From the NCBI RefSeq assembly GCF_963921235.1, contig NC_086097.1, forward strand, positions 69,194,001 through 69,258,000: 64,000 bases of DNA, given 5' to 3'. The position numbers and the translations under genes were made by a program. Below the pieces are notes generated by a model that ran no database searches, was not told where the DNA came from, and saw only the letters and a program-made list of their open reading frames with translations. The number at the start of each line of letters is the position of its first letter. The stretch's first letter is position 1. Shown here piece after piece: positions 14,245-26,814 of the stretch. The stretch is from Mobula hypostoma (Eukaryota).

Positions 14245-14580
14245 GCCTAACGTACATTCCAACCAAGGTGCATATCTGAGCTCGGACAATTTGCCTCATT
14301 TGGCCCATATCTCCCTAAACCCTTCCTATCCATAAACCTGTTCAAATGCCTTTTAAACATTATAATTACATTCACCTCTACAACTTTACCTGGTAGCTTA
14401 ATCCATGTACCAATTACAGCGTCTGGAAAATGTTGCCTTCTCAGACCCCTTTCAAATTTTGTCTTGTCAACCTTAAATTTTTGTCTTTTTAACTCCACTA
14501 TGCTGGGAGAAAACACTGTGACCATCCACTTTATCTGAGTCCCTCGTGATCCAAACATCTATAATGTCAATCCTAGCTTA
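14245..14580 (-). mobile_element. CR1 LINE 3' fragment
   Basis: Remnant ...WIKLPGKVVE...FKRHLNRFMDRKGLGRYGPN. Confidence 0.65.
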
Positions 14581-16595
14581 ATCACATCCTTCCTTATTGG
14601 TTGCATCACCAACTTACAGTATCTCCTTGTATCACCACATGCAGATAACTATCTGTGGATACCTGCTGAAAGAATTCGACCAAAATTGTATGTTGCCCTC
14701 CAAATGTGATCTCATTCTACACTTGTTTGTCCATTTTCCTACCCTGCAGCTGTTCCATTTTACTCATTGGCCAGATTACCTCGTTTAAAGCTTATTCTCA
14801 TGGTTACCCTGGTTTTATGCTAGAGGCAGTCCTACTCCCACACCCTTCCTACAGCTTAAACTTCTTTTGCCTCCTTCCTAGTTCTGATGAAGGATCTTCA
14901 ACTTGAAATGTTAGCTCGTTTCTCTTTCCACAGAAGCTGCCTGACTTTGTTTTTAATTTAGATTTCCAACATTTGCAGCATTTTTGATTTTCACGTGATA
15001 CCATTTTGGCTTGCTTAAGGTATTTCACAATTTCAAGGTAATATTGCGGAAATAACTGCAGTAATATCATTAAAGCAGGCTTAAGTAGGGATTCTAGTGG
15101 TGCCAGACTGCCAGATTTTCCAGACCATCAATGTTATTCCTATTAATATCCCAAGATAGTTTTAGTTCATTTTTAAAAAAAAATGTAACATGGCAGTATA
15201 ATAAATTTTCCAATGAACGTGTTAAGTTTAAGGGGGAGCATGGGAACCAGGGCCCTCCTGGAGTTTAAAGGGAACTCAATGATCAGCACCTGCTGAGCCA
15301 TAGCCAAACCACTGTGATTTTCAAACCACCAGATAATGTACTTCCTTAAAATTCCACCTTTTTTCCTTCCAAACAATTCTCCCCTTTGACTGTTCAAACC
15401 TGGTTTATTTTTAAAATGTAAATTAGTTGTAATATTTTGCAATAGTTAACATATTAGGACATTTGTTTGCTTCAGTTAGCACTGCAATCATTTTACCTTT
15501 TCTTAAGTGAAACACATAAATTTTATTACAAAACTTGGAACTCAGGGTTCTGTCTCTATGTCTAATCACTTTAGTTACAGGTAAATGAGACATTTTAAAC
15601 TGATTTGCATCACATCCCACAAATAAAGATATTATCATTGCCAGCATTGAACCAGCAATAAGAGCTCACAAGTGAACTTCATCTTCTCGTAGTTTACCTC
15701 TAAAACCATCCTTTATGCTTCAGGCTGGAAGGAATTGCTAGCAAACTATTTGATTATGCAGACCAACATTCACTTTCCAGTTAAAAAAGAACTGTAAAAA
15801 TCATTACATTTTCCTCTGTCACTCAAGTTCAACAGTGCTAGATTCAATTATGCATTTGTTAGTCCACGTTTGTTACTTATCCTTACCAGAGCTCTGATTG
15901 ATTTTTTTTCTGTTTAAAAATGAAACTAACATTAAATGTTAATTAAGACATTTTTGTTTGTTATAGTTTAAAAGCGTTATACTCCGATATAACAATTTAC
16001 TCAATTAAAAAGTCTCAGGATTGAAAATGCTTTCAAGCAAGTTTAACTTAAATCTAGATGGGTCAATTGCATCAGTGTACTTGTTAATTAAAAGAAAATC
16101 ATAAAATGAGAAATATTTCATGCAGGTAGGTAAATCTATGGTGCTTAGCTTCAACTGGCTTTCTATTATTTGAGAGATATTTATCTAGTTTAGGTATAAC
16201 TAGCATGTCTCTCGGCAACGAAAACAAACTGTTGGAGGAATTCAGTGGGTCAGATAAAGGTAGTCTACATTTTGGGTCGAGACCACGCGCAAGTGTGTAG
16301 GTAAATCTTTCCTACCAAAGACACGGAATGAGTCTTCACGTACCAGATTTGTCAAACAACAAACATGTTTGCATGAAACACTCCTCAATAATTTTCAACA
16401 TATCATCTCCCTTCACTTTAGTAGTTCTCTAGATATGACCATGCCATTAGACTGTAAATGTTAAGTACCTAATGGATATTGTTTTTAAACTGGAAATGTT
16501 CAATAACACAGAATTATATATTGACATTCTGTGCAAGTAAAGCAGAAACAGAAATAGTCAAAAGTGAAACCCAAAAAGGATTGAAACACAGGAAT

Positions 16596-16843
16596 AATCC
16601 AAATACAAGAAATTCTGCAGATGCTGGGAATCCAAAGTAACACACACACAAAAGACAGGCCAGGCAGCATCTGCAGAAAAGAGTAAACAGTTAACATTTT
16701 GGGCCGAGACCCTTCATCAGGACTCCAGGCAGTTCCGTACCGGTGACACTAACATCTCCAACACTGGTTCCACAATCCCGCGTGGTCAGAACCCCAATTC
16801 CATCACCGTCAGTGCTGGTTCCAACTACCCTGGAATCTTGTGC
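16596..16843 (-). mobile_element. Penelope-like 3' tail with decayed hammerhead motif plus ~120 bp of unrelated sequence
   Basis: Reverse complement GTCCTGATGAAGGGTCTCGGCCCAAAATGTTAAC...CCCAGCATCTGCAG. Flanked by a cacaggaat direct repeat (16587-16595, 16844-16852). Confidence 0.65.
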
Positions 16844-17200
16844 CACAGGAATCCAACACAGTAGCTTTCCTGTGTCGTTACCAGCTGATTGTCAAATTCT
16901 TTACTTCAGACTTCTCAATATTAAAAAAGCTTAATGATAAATATTTCTTATAAAGCATAACAGCTGAGGTTGAAGAGATTACATTTTTGACTCAACATTA
17001 AAGTCACAATTAAATAAAACAAATAAATTGTATTTAAAATGAATTACCTGGCTTTCCCCTTGGACATCTGGCTGCAGGTGTATCAAAAATCTACACATTT
17101 ATAACACTGAAAGACACTAACACGTTGGCTTTTAAACCTCGTATGGAGTTAATAAGAAAACAGCCATTAATGTAATTTATAAAATGCTGCTATATGGTAC

Positions 17201-17278
17201 CTTGATCAAACTGCCTTTGAATATTATCTTGATCAGTCCTGTTTCCACTGACACGATACAGTCCTTCAGTGTTCAAAC
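17201..17278 (-). CDS. ARHGAP5: ARHGAP5 exon 4 (78 nt), contains the catalytic arginine finger (GLYRVSG)
   Basis: Acceptor cccaccttag|GT, donor CAAG|gtacca. Encodes (G)LNTEGLYRVSGNRTDQDNIQRQFDQ(D); phase 1 to 1. Confidence 0.96.
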
Positions 17279-19244
17279 CTAAGGTGGGAATAAAATTTTT
17301 CAAGAAATCATTTAGCATTAAATAAATAAAAGATTTTTTTTAATTTTTGCTATCAAATGGTATTACAAAGAAAATAATTTTGAATCATGGGACGGAAGCT
17401 ACCAAATGTAAATAAGGTGAAAGGAATTTTAAAAATATAATAGCATCTAGTAATGACATTCCAACGGATGGGAGATTTTAATCCTACAGTCCTAAAGAAA
17501 AAGGAGAGCTCAATGCAGGTGTCCCAATTAACATACAACGTTTCTTGATTCAGGAACAGTTTTGCAGATTAAAAAGAATTGAACATCTTTCTGCAGTTTA
17601 AGGGAGAGTGAAACTCAAAATATTACAGCCAAACTACTGAATTGTTTGGAAACAAGTAGCAGGAAACACTGCAGAGATAAAGGGTTAATAAGGACCCTTT
17701 ATGATTAATAAATATCCATGTTTATTAGTGAACCAAAAATGTGATATTGTAAGTCATGTACTTGGAAGCAGTAAATTATTGAGTTAACAAATGAATTAAT
17801 AAGCAAGATATTTCAATGGAGAAAAATGCAAAATCACCCACTTCGTTGTTTCTAAATTATGAAAACATAACTGGAGGCCAAAGAGACCACAGAAAACATA
17901 CATATCTTTATAATGTCATTTGGCATTCATAACAAAAAATCATGGAAAGTCAATGTAGCTTTTCTACTAATCAAACAGTATAGTTTTCACGTTATAACCA
18001 CACTAAGCCCTGGTTAGACTACGTAAGGCGAACCATGGGGTTCTTAACACAACGCTTCCAAAGGATGTATTGCCCTTGAACAGAAAGCAGCACAGATTTG
18101 TATGGAATAACACATAGGCTGAAATGACTGCATTACACGACTACACAAAGTGAAGATGAGATACTCAGAAAATTATGTTAAATTTACAAGGTAAAAAGGG
18201 GGAATTAAAAGAACAGTGGAAAGAAAAAGTGAGTGCAACAGAAGGACCGATGCACGCACATAGCTTTGAAATTGCATCTGATCTTTTATAAGTTATTATA
18301 AAAAATCAGATGCAATATAAGTTCACGTTTGTAAGTTTACATGTTTGAGATAGGTAGTTTCTGCACACTTCAGTCATTAATCCTAAATACAAAGTTAACA
18401 GAACTCAAGGATTACATGGTATAAACAATAGCCCAATATTAAGCTACAGATCAGCGATGATTAGTGGAACACGCTTCAAAGCCTGTTCCTAATAAAACAC
18501 TATGTTCACTACTCAAATCTGCATTATGTTTGCTCATGAGAAATTGTGGAAGAGTTAAGGTATCGCAGTCTTCTAAAGTCAAGTTGCATAATATATAAAC
18601 TCGAAGATTCACAATTCCTTTCTTCAGTGCATCTGTCCTTGTATCATGCTTTCCTCCTTTAGTTCTTTCTTTGATCAATCTTTTGGTCACTTACCCTGCT
18701 TTAACAACCTTAATGCAGAACCAAATCGCTCAAAGTCAAAATTATTTGTAGATATCACACTGGAGAGGTGAATCAAACACATTAGAATATAATCTAACCT
18801 ATGAGATGATAATATAAAAACTTATACACTAAACATTTATATGGTACATGGAGATATAAGCAAGATAATAAGAAAAGCAGAACATTATCCACAAAATCAA
18901 AGGCATCCAGAAATATAGGTGATTAAGTAGTATTCACTAGTCAGTAAAGCAAGGACTGGGCTTTTATCCCTTTGGGGCATAGGATTCAAAGATTGTAATG
19001 TTAACTGATTGACCCGCAGGAGTACTTACTAAAGATGGTTCTGGTCTCCACTCTGGAAAAAGGTCAGGGAAACAAAAAGTACACTGAAGTACCAGGAATA
19101 TTTGGGGAAAAAAATAACTACAAGATACCACAATTGAGAAAGTGCAGCTATCAGGTGAAAATGAGTAAATTATGGCTTCATTCTTTAGAATGAAGGAAGA
19201 CTTGGAGGCAATCTGAATTAGATATTTAAAATGATGAATGGGTT

Positions 19245-20781
19245 TTCCCAGCTATGCCTGCCTTTTTGTTGGCTACGTGGAACAGTCTACACGTTCCAAG
19301 CTTATACCGGTATCACTCCCCAATTTTTCCCAGGCTACATCGACGACAGCAATGGTGCAGATTCCAGCACTCATGCTGAGCTTGTCGGCTTCACCAACTT
19401 TGCCTCCAGCTTCCACCCTGCCTCAAATTTACCTGGTCCATTTCTGACATCTTCCTCCCCTTTCTCGATTTCTCTGTCTCTATCTCCGGAGATAGTTTAT
19501 CTACTGGTATCTTTTAGAAACCCACTGACTCTCACAGCTACCTGAACTATACCCCTTCCCACCCTGTCACTTGTAAAAAAAAAATGCCATCCCTTTCTCT
19601 CAATTCCTCCATCTCTGCCGCATAGGCTCTCAGGATGAGGCTTTCATTCCGGAACTAATGAGATGTGATCCTTCTTCAAAGAATGGGGCTTTCCTTCCTT
19701 CACCATCAAAGCTGCCCTCACCCGCATCTCTTCCATTTCGCACATCTGCCCTCACCCCATCCACCCACCACCCCACCAGGGATAGGGTTCCTCCTGCCCT
19801 CACATACTATCCCACTAGCCTCCACGTCCAGCACAGAATTCTCCATAACTTTTGACAACTCCAGTGGGATCCCACCACCAAGCACATCTTTCCTTCCTCC
19901 ACCCCCACCCCCACTTTCTGCCTCCCTTGCCCATTCATCCCTCCCCACTCTCTTTTCTGGTACTTATCCTCACAAGCGAAACGAGTGCCACACCTGCCCC
20001 TACACCTTCTCCCTCACTACCACTGAGGGCTCTGAACAATCCTTCCAGGTGAGGAAATACTTCACCTGTGAGTATATTGGGGTCATCTGATATATCCAGT
20101 GCTCGCGGTGTGGCCTCCTGAATATTGGTAAGACCCAATGTAGACCGGGACACTGCCAAGCACCTACACTCTATCCACCAGAAAAAGTGGGATCTCCCAG
20201 TGGCAGCTCATTTCAGTTCAAATTCCCACTCCAATATGCCAATCCATGAGCTCCTCTACTGCCAGGATGAAGCCACACTTAGGTTGGAGGAGCAACACAT
20301 TATATTCTGTCTAGGCAGCCTCCAACCTGATGGCATGAACATCGGTTTTTCAAACTTCTGGTAATTGCCGCCCCCTCCCAACTCTCCTTCACAATTCCCC
20401 ATTCCCCTCTCTCACCTCATATCCTTACCTGCCCATCACCTCCCTCTGGTGCTCCTCTCTCTTCCCTTTCTTCCATGGCCTTTTGCTTTCTCCTATCAGA
20501 TTCCCCCTTCTCCAGTCCTTTATCTCTCTCACCAATCAACTTTCCAGCTCTTTACTTCACCCCTCCCCATGTTCCCCGTCACCAGCTACCTTGTATTTCT
20601 TCCTTGCCTCCCTCCAATTTCTTACTCTGACCTCATCCTTTTTTCCCCAGTCCTGATGAAGGGTCTCGGCCCGAAACATGGACTGTTTACTCTTTTCCAC
20701 AGATGCTGTCTGGCCTGCTGAGTTCATTCAGCTTTTTCTGTGTGCTGCTTTGATTTCCATCTGCAGATTTTCTCTTGTTCG
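19245..20781 (+). mobile_element. Penelope-like element (RT + GIY-YIG remnant, 5'-truncated) inserted into an older CR1 fragment
   Basis: GYIDD and KPTDSHSYLNY-like RT remnants; GIY-YIG-like FTCEYIGVI...RCGLLNIGKT; pyrimidine-rich UTR with hammerhead motif. 10-bp TSD tgaatgggtt at 19235-19244 and 20782-20791. Confidence 0.85.
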
Positions 20782-22261
20782 TGAATGGGTTAAACATGAT
20801 TGAGATGGAGAAAGTCCTTGCATAAGTATTCAAAACCCATCTACCTTAACCACAATTCCCCATGTCAAGTCCAGCAGCAGCATCTTTTCTTGAAGACTGG
20901 TGCAAAACGTTATTATCTCTGCTCTGCCTTATCTACATGAGTAAATTTCCTGATCAGAACTATTTTTCCTTTTGCCTGCAGTATAATTTTTGATTTCATA
21001 CATCTACTGCCAAGTCTTTTCTCATATTCACTCCAACTGCCTTTTTCTTCAATTCCTCTGAATTTTCTGTAATTGACTGAGTTCTCATTTTTGTTAACAA
21101 CTAGGCATTTCTCCTATGCTTTGTTTTCAGCTACATTTTACTTTCAATATTTGTTCATTCAGTTTCCATAGCTACTTTAACCATCGCAGTATTACGAAGG
21201 TTATTTCATAAGTGCTCGTTATTTATGTGGTTATGTCTTGAAAATAGTAAAAATATCCCAAGGCACAGCAATAAGAGTAAAGTGAGCAATGCATGCAAAG
21301 GAAACAAAAGGGGCATGTCACAGAGTTGAAGAAAATGGGAACAATATGGCATTTGAGCTGCACCCAGTTACACAGCTACACAATCATGATAGCAGACAGA
21401 ATAGAGCAGTCGGTTAAGAATGCATCCTTAAGGTGCACCTGTGTTGATTGTCAGCAGTAAGATATGTTATTACCAATCCGCGCTGACTGTTTTCCTGATA
21501 AGGAAGTCAACTATCAATGATGCTTGCATTGAATAGGATTCCTTTTGCCATATAACTTTTGGCAGTGTCATACTACAGGTAATAACAAGATAATTCAATA
21601 AATCTTAAATAACTTAAAGTATTTACCAACTTGGACAAATTGTATCCTTCAATGCATCCAATGATTGTGTGGTAGAAACTCCATTCCAAAACAGAAGAAT
21701 TTTACACAATGGCCATATTGTTCTTGTGTTACAGACATTATCAATTTTTTTCAAACAATGAATAGAGGTAATCAAATGAAACCAGTTAATTTTAAACAGC
21801 AACCACTCAATAAACTCACTCCTTTTCATGCAATGAGTATATCTGCAAGTTCTTACGAGTCTTTCCACATCAAAGCCAATTAATATAGAAACCAACAACC
21901 ACACAATTACGATAGCTGCAGATGTAATTTAGTTTTTAAAAAATCTGATCAATAAAATTAGGTGAGGCAACATAAAATACCTGATAGAATCCTAAAGGTG
22001 AAGGAACAGGGATAACTATGCATGAATATGGATAAACTTTCAAGGCAGCAGGATGATTTGAGAAAACTGCTTGAATAAAAAAAAACACTGAATCCTTGGT
22101 TCTAAAATGAGGAACAGAATACAAAAAGTTATGAAAAACCTTTTACATAACCCAGATTAAACTTCATCATTTCTTCTCAAATTTCTTCAACATTTGAGAA
22201 AAATGTTCAAAATCCCAAATAATATTTTGAAAGAATAAATAAAGGAAAACTATTTTCAGTG

Positions 22262-22865
22262 GTGTACTTCCTCAGGAGGCAAAAGAAATTTGGCATGTCC
22301 CTGTTGACTCTTACTAATTTTATCAATGCACAATAGAAAGCACTCTATCTGGATGCATGGTAGCTTGGCATGGCAACTGCTTTAGAGGCGACAAGAAGAA
22401 ACTGTAGAGTAGTGGGAGAGTAGCAGATATAGGTCAACACATCACTGAAATCAGCCTCCCCTCTATACTTCTCGCTGCCTCAGTAAAGCGCAGCCAGCCA
22501 GCCAGCATAATCAAAGATCCCACCAACCTCAAACAAATTTCTCCTTTCTCTCATTGGGCAGAAGATACAAAAGCCTAAAAGCACATATCATCAGGCTCAA
22601 GGAGGGCTTCTATCCTACTGTTATCCAATTCCTGAGCTGACCTCTTATATGATAAAATGGACTCTTGACCTTACAATCTACCTCATATATGATCTTGCAC
22701 TTTATTGTTTACCTGCACCACATGTTGAGGCTTTTACACATTATTCTGCATTGTTATTGTTTAGCTTATTCTACCTCAATGTACTGTGTAAGAACTTCAT
22801 CTATATGAACAATATACAAGGCAAGCTTTTCACTTTATCTTGGAACATATGACAATATAAAACAA
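22262..22865 (+). mobile_element. Rex1/Babar LINE 3' fragment
   Basis: YFLRR...NFYQCTIESTLSGC...WHGNC remnants plus 3' tail. Confidence 0.7.
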
Positions 22866-23398
22866 TACCAACTTCCTTCCACAAGTTGATAAAATTACTG
22901 AGTGACATAAGGAAAGGGATCCTAACAGTGAGTTTATTTTAGGATTTGGAATAGACTGCCTGAAAAACCAGTGTAAACAAGTGCAATGGTATTGCTGAAA
23001 AGGAAAATTATTAACCCAAGGAATAAAGCTTATCCCTATGGTTTTGGGTAAAGGGCAGATAATTGGGTGAAATTGGACAGCTCAAACTAAGAACTGGCAC
23101 AGGCTTGAAGGAATATTAAATTCAAGTACTTATTTATTCAATTTATTTAACGTTCAGCAGTCAACTTAAATTTATTGGTGAAGAAGCCTTGTTAACCTGG
23201 TGGCATCTGGCTTAAACTTCATAGGATGCATACAAAAAGTACAGAAATGGTAAAATATTTGTTAAAACTTTCTCATTTTAATGATCGGACTTTTCAAATT
23301 ACTTGTCTAAAAGTGCAGCGTGATCTTGAGTTCACAGCAGAAGGAAGTACAAATACAATTGAAAATAAAGCTATAAAAGGGTTTTCCTCTTCTTTTCT

Positions 23399-23555
23399 AT
23401 TTGTACTCTTTCATTATTTCCTGCAGGTGATCTGATTAGCCGCTGAATGGCTGTTTAGGACTGATCAAGATAATATTCAAAGGCAGTTTGATCAAGGTAT
23501 CAAACAACAGCTATTCAGCTTTGTCACCTGCAGAAAATAATGAAAGAGTACAAAT
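23399..23555. repeat. Inverted repeat enclosing an inverted 43-nt copy of ARHGAP5 exon 4 and its donor
   Basis: Outer arms 23399-23430 / 23524-23555 (31/32). Inner arms 23442-23455 / 23506-23519 (13/14). 23457-23499 is the exact reverse complement of 17198-17240. Confidence 0.93.
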
Positions 23556-24084
23556 GCAAAGGAAAAGCTTCTAATCCATTTCCACACGGCTCTGGCATGT
23601 GTCAGAAGTCTATTATCAATTCTGTTACCGGTCTAAACAACAAATCAGTTGTTTAATATGTAACTGAAGTTCAAATATTATTCTCCATTTTTCTAAAGTT
23701 TAAAATAAAAATGCTATCTATAATATAAAATGCTGGATCCAGTCAAATAAATACTCTGTTCTTTCAATAGGAAAATCAAGGGACTGTGATAATCCTGACA
23801 CCCATATAAAAATATTCAAGAGACTGGCTACAGCTAAAGGTTTTACTTGGTTTTGAATCAGAATCATGGGATCATCCATATAAATTCGAGACTGCATATG
23901 ATCCAACTGTGCAGGTGTTTATTACTTAGAATATTTAATTTGTTTTTTTTAAAATGTTTCGCACATGCTGTCATAAAATATTGGCTCTGTAGGCAATAAC
24001 CAATCATTCTTGTTCCTGTCAGTCCCCATTCTAATCACATCTGGAACACCACTGCTGATATTGAACTGTCCCATAGAAAATAGT

Positions 24085-25655
24085 AAATTGATTTATTGTC
24101 ACATATACCAAGGTAGAGTAAAAAATATTAACATAGTACAAGGTAAAGCAATAGCAAAATGCAGAATATAGTGTTGCAGAGAACGTGCAGTATAGGTAGG
24201 CAATAAGGTACAAGAGTCACAATGAGGTAGATTGTGAGGTCAAGAGTCCATCTTTTTGTTAGGGAAACTACCAAAAATCTTACAACAGCAGAATGGAATT
24301 AGTATATAACCACATGAAACAAGATACAGTGAAAAGCTTGCCTTGCATACTGCTCATACAGATGTGCTGAGCTGTGTCCCTTGTGGTCATAGGCAGAGCA
24401 GCTGCCATGCCAAGCTATGATGCATCTTGGAAGGATGTCATCTATGGTGCATTGATAAAAATTGTAATGGGTCAATGGAAAAATGTCAAATTCCTTTAGA
24501 CTCCCAAGAAGTTGAGGCACTGTTGATATTTCATGTTCGTGACATCAACGTGGTTGGAACAGGACTGGCTATTGTTAATGTTCACTTCTTAGGAACTTGA
24601 ACCCTCCCATTCTCAGCACTGTTGATGAAGAGGAGTGTATGTGCACAACTCCCTTTGCTAAAATCAATGACCAGCTCTTTTGTTTTGCTGACGTTGAGGG
24701 AAAGACTGTTATCAAGACACCAAACTACTAAGCCCTCTTTATCCTTCCTGTACTCTGACTCATCATTTCAGAAATACCCCAATATGGCAGTGTCATCTGT
24801 AAAGTTGTAGATGGAGTTAAGAGCACAATCTGCTTACAGAGCCATGAGTGTAAAGTGAGCAAAGGGCTGAGAATGCAGATTTGTGGAGCACCAGTGTTGA
24901 GAATAATCATGGTAGAGACTTTGCTACCTATACCTCTTAATGATTTCAGCATTGGTCAGAAAGTCATGCATCCAGCTGCAGGAGATGTTGACTCTTAAGT
25001 CTGGGAGTTTGGTGGCAAGTTTGCTTGAAATTATAGTATTGAAGGTGGAAATATAGGCTAATGTGGGCGTCTTTATTGGGTACAAAAAATATTCCAGAGA
25101 TGAAAGTAGGGCCAGGGAGATGGTGTCCACCGTAGACATATTTCAACAGAAAGTGAATTGTAGTGGGTCAAGGCTACCTGAAGGCTAAAATTAATGTGTG
25201 CCATGACTTGTCTTGCAAAGCATTTTATAATGGCGGGTGCCAGGGCCATTGAGAAAAACAAGGTAATCCTTGAGATTGCAAACACAAGGAAATCTGCAGA
25301 TGCTGGAAATACAAGCAACACACACAAAATGCTGGTAGAACGCAGCAGGCCAGGCAGGATGTATTGGAAGAGGTACAGTCGACGTTTCAGGCCAAGACCC
25401 AAGTCCTGACGAAGTCTCTGACCCAAGTCTCTTCCAATAGATGCTGCCTGGCCCGCTGCTTTCCACCAGCATTGTGTGTGTAATCCTTGAGATGATAGAC
25501 GTCTTCTTAAAGCAGGTGGGAACATCAGAGATTAAAAGTGACTGCAGGGAGAGGTTAAAAGTGACTGCAAAACCCTCCACCAGTTGATCTGCATGAGACA
25601 CAAGGACACCTTGAGCCTGGTGGTTCATGTATTTCAGGCTTCTGTACCTTCTGGC
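24085..25655 (-). mobile_element. Rex1/Babar LINE, decayed, with a nested Penelope-like insertion
   Basis: VPTCFKKTSII, IKCFARQVMAHI, FNTIISSKL, LNTGAPQICILSPLL, NFYQCTIDDIL remnants. Confidence 0.8.
25277..25479. mobile_element. Short palindromic Penelope-like insertion (two inverted tails joined at the hammerhead region)
   Basis: 14-bp TSD gtaatccttgagat at 25263-25276 and 25480-25493. Arms are reverse complements of each other. Confidence 0.8.
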
Positions 25656-26001
25656 CAATGGGAGGGGATGGGGGGGAAGAGAGGGTGGGGAAGGAGGGGT
25701 GGAGGGGAGAGGGAAGCAAATGTCCAGGACAGGAGTCTCTAGTTAAACTGCTTGCTTTACTAGGGCAGCCAGATGTAGGCAGAATTCATGGAGGTGAGGC
25801 TGGTTTCTGTGAAGTGCTGAGCTGTGCCCACAACTCTCTGCAGTTTCTTGCAGTTAAGGGCAGAACAGTTACCATACCAAGCCAGAACAAAGAAAATGTG
25901 GATTTCAGGTAGCAAACAGCCAAGCAAATCAGTATTGCATTCCAGCAGTTGAGGAGTTGGCCTATAGTTTCTCTCAAAGTTCACATTATCAAAAATAACT
26001 A

Positions 26002-26814
26002 CAGTGGATTCCAGTTAATGGAGACACATTTAGGCCCAACTAAACTGCCACCCCAATTAGCAGAAATTTCATGAAAATAATTAAGGTATAAAAAAGACAA
26101 ACTACCATTTAACTGAGTAACAAGTTGTATATTTAAATTAAATACAGAACAAATTAGAACACTACCAATACCACTACAGTACTATAAAACTGTGTATTAG
26201 TTCTTAATAGTTATTGGCAGAGAATTCATCCAGGGTATACTTCCAAGTTATTTTGATTGACTGTAAATGAACAAAATCAGCGCAGACAACTAGTGCAGAT
26301 AATGGACTGCCTTCATACAATACCTTCGACAATTGCAACTTCTGAATTTTCATTATATTGTAACATCCAAGATGAATGTCGATATCTTCACTTTCTTTGT
26401 AGTACCCAACTTGAAGTAGTGAAATGGTTTCATTTTCACTCCTGGCTGTTTCCGGCATTTTCAAGCCTGAATGCTTGAAACAGCAGTGAGCAAAACAACT
26501 CTGAATTGTCTTATTGCATATTTCTTCCCAACTATCAGACAAAATTCAAACCTTTTTGAACACAAACACACACAACTGATGCTACTTAAAATCTGTTCAC
26601 TCTAAGTAAGGTGGTGTGTCTGCACACATATGTGCATGCAGCTAACACTAGTTAGAAACTGTTCAGCAACAGTCTCCTGTCCCAGTTAAGCAGCAGTGTC
26701 CCAAATTAACTAATGGAATCCCAGCTATTTTCTCAATTAGTTTTTGTTCTTTAAGAGTTATCCCAAATAAGCAGCTGCCCAATTAACTGATGGTCAACTA
26801 ACTGGAATCCACTG
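26002..26814 (-). mobile_element. Internally deleted Tigger/pogo-like DNA transposon
   Basis: TIR cagtggattccagtta / taactggaatccactg with TA on both sides. Remnant DSWEEICNKTIQSCFAHCCF resembles the end of a pogo DDE domain. Confidence 0.8.

Noticed and set aside
23457..23496. Duplicated or mutually exclusive alternative exon 4
   Set aside because: It is on the opposite strand to the gene and covers only half the exon, so it cannot be spliced into ARHGAP5 mRNA.
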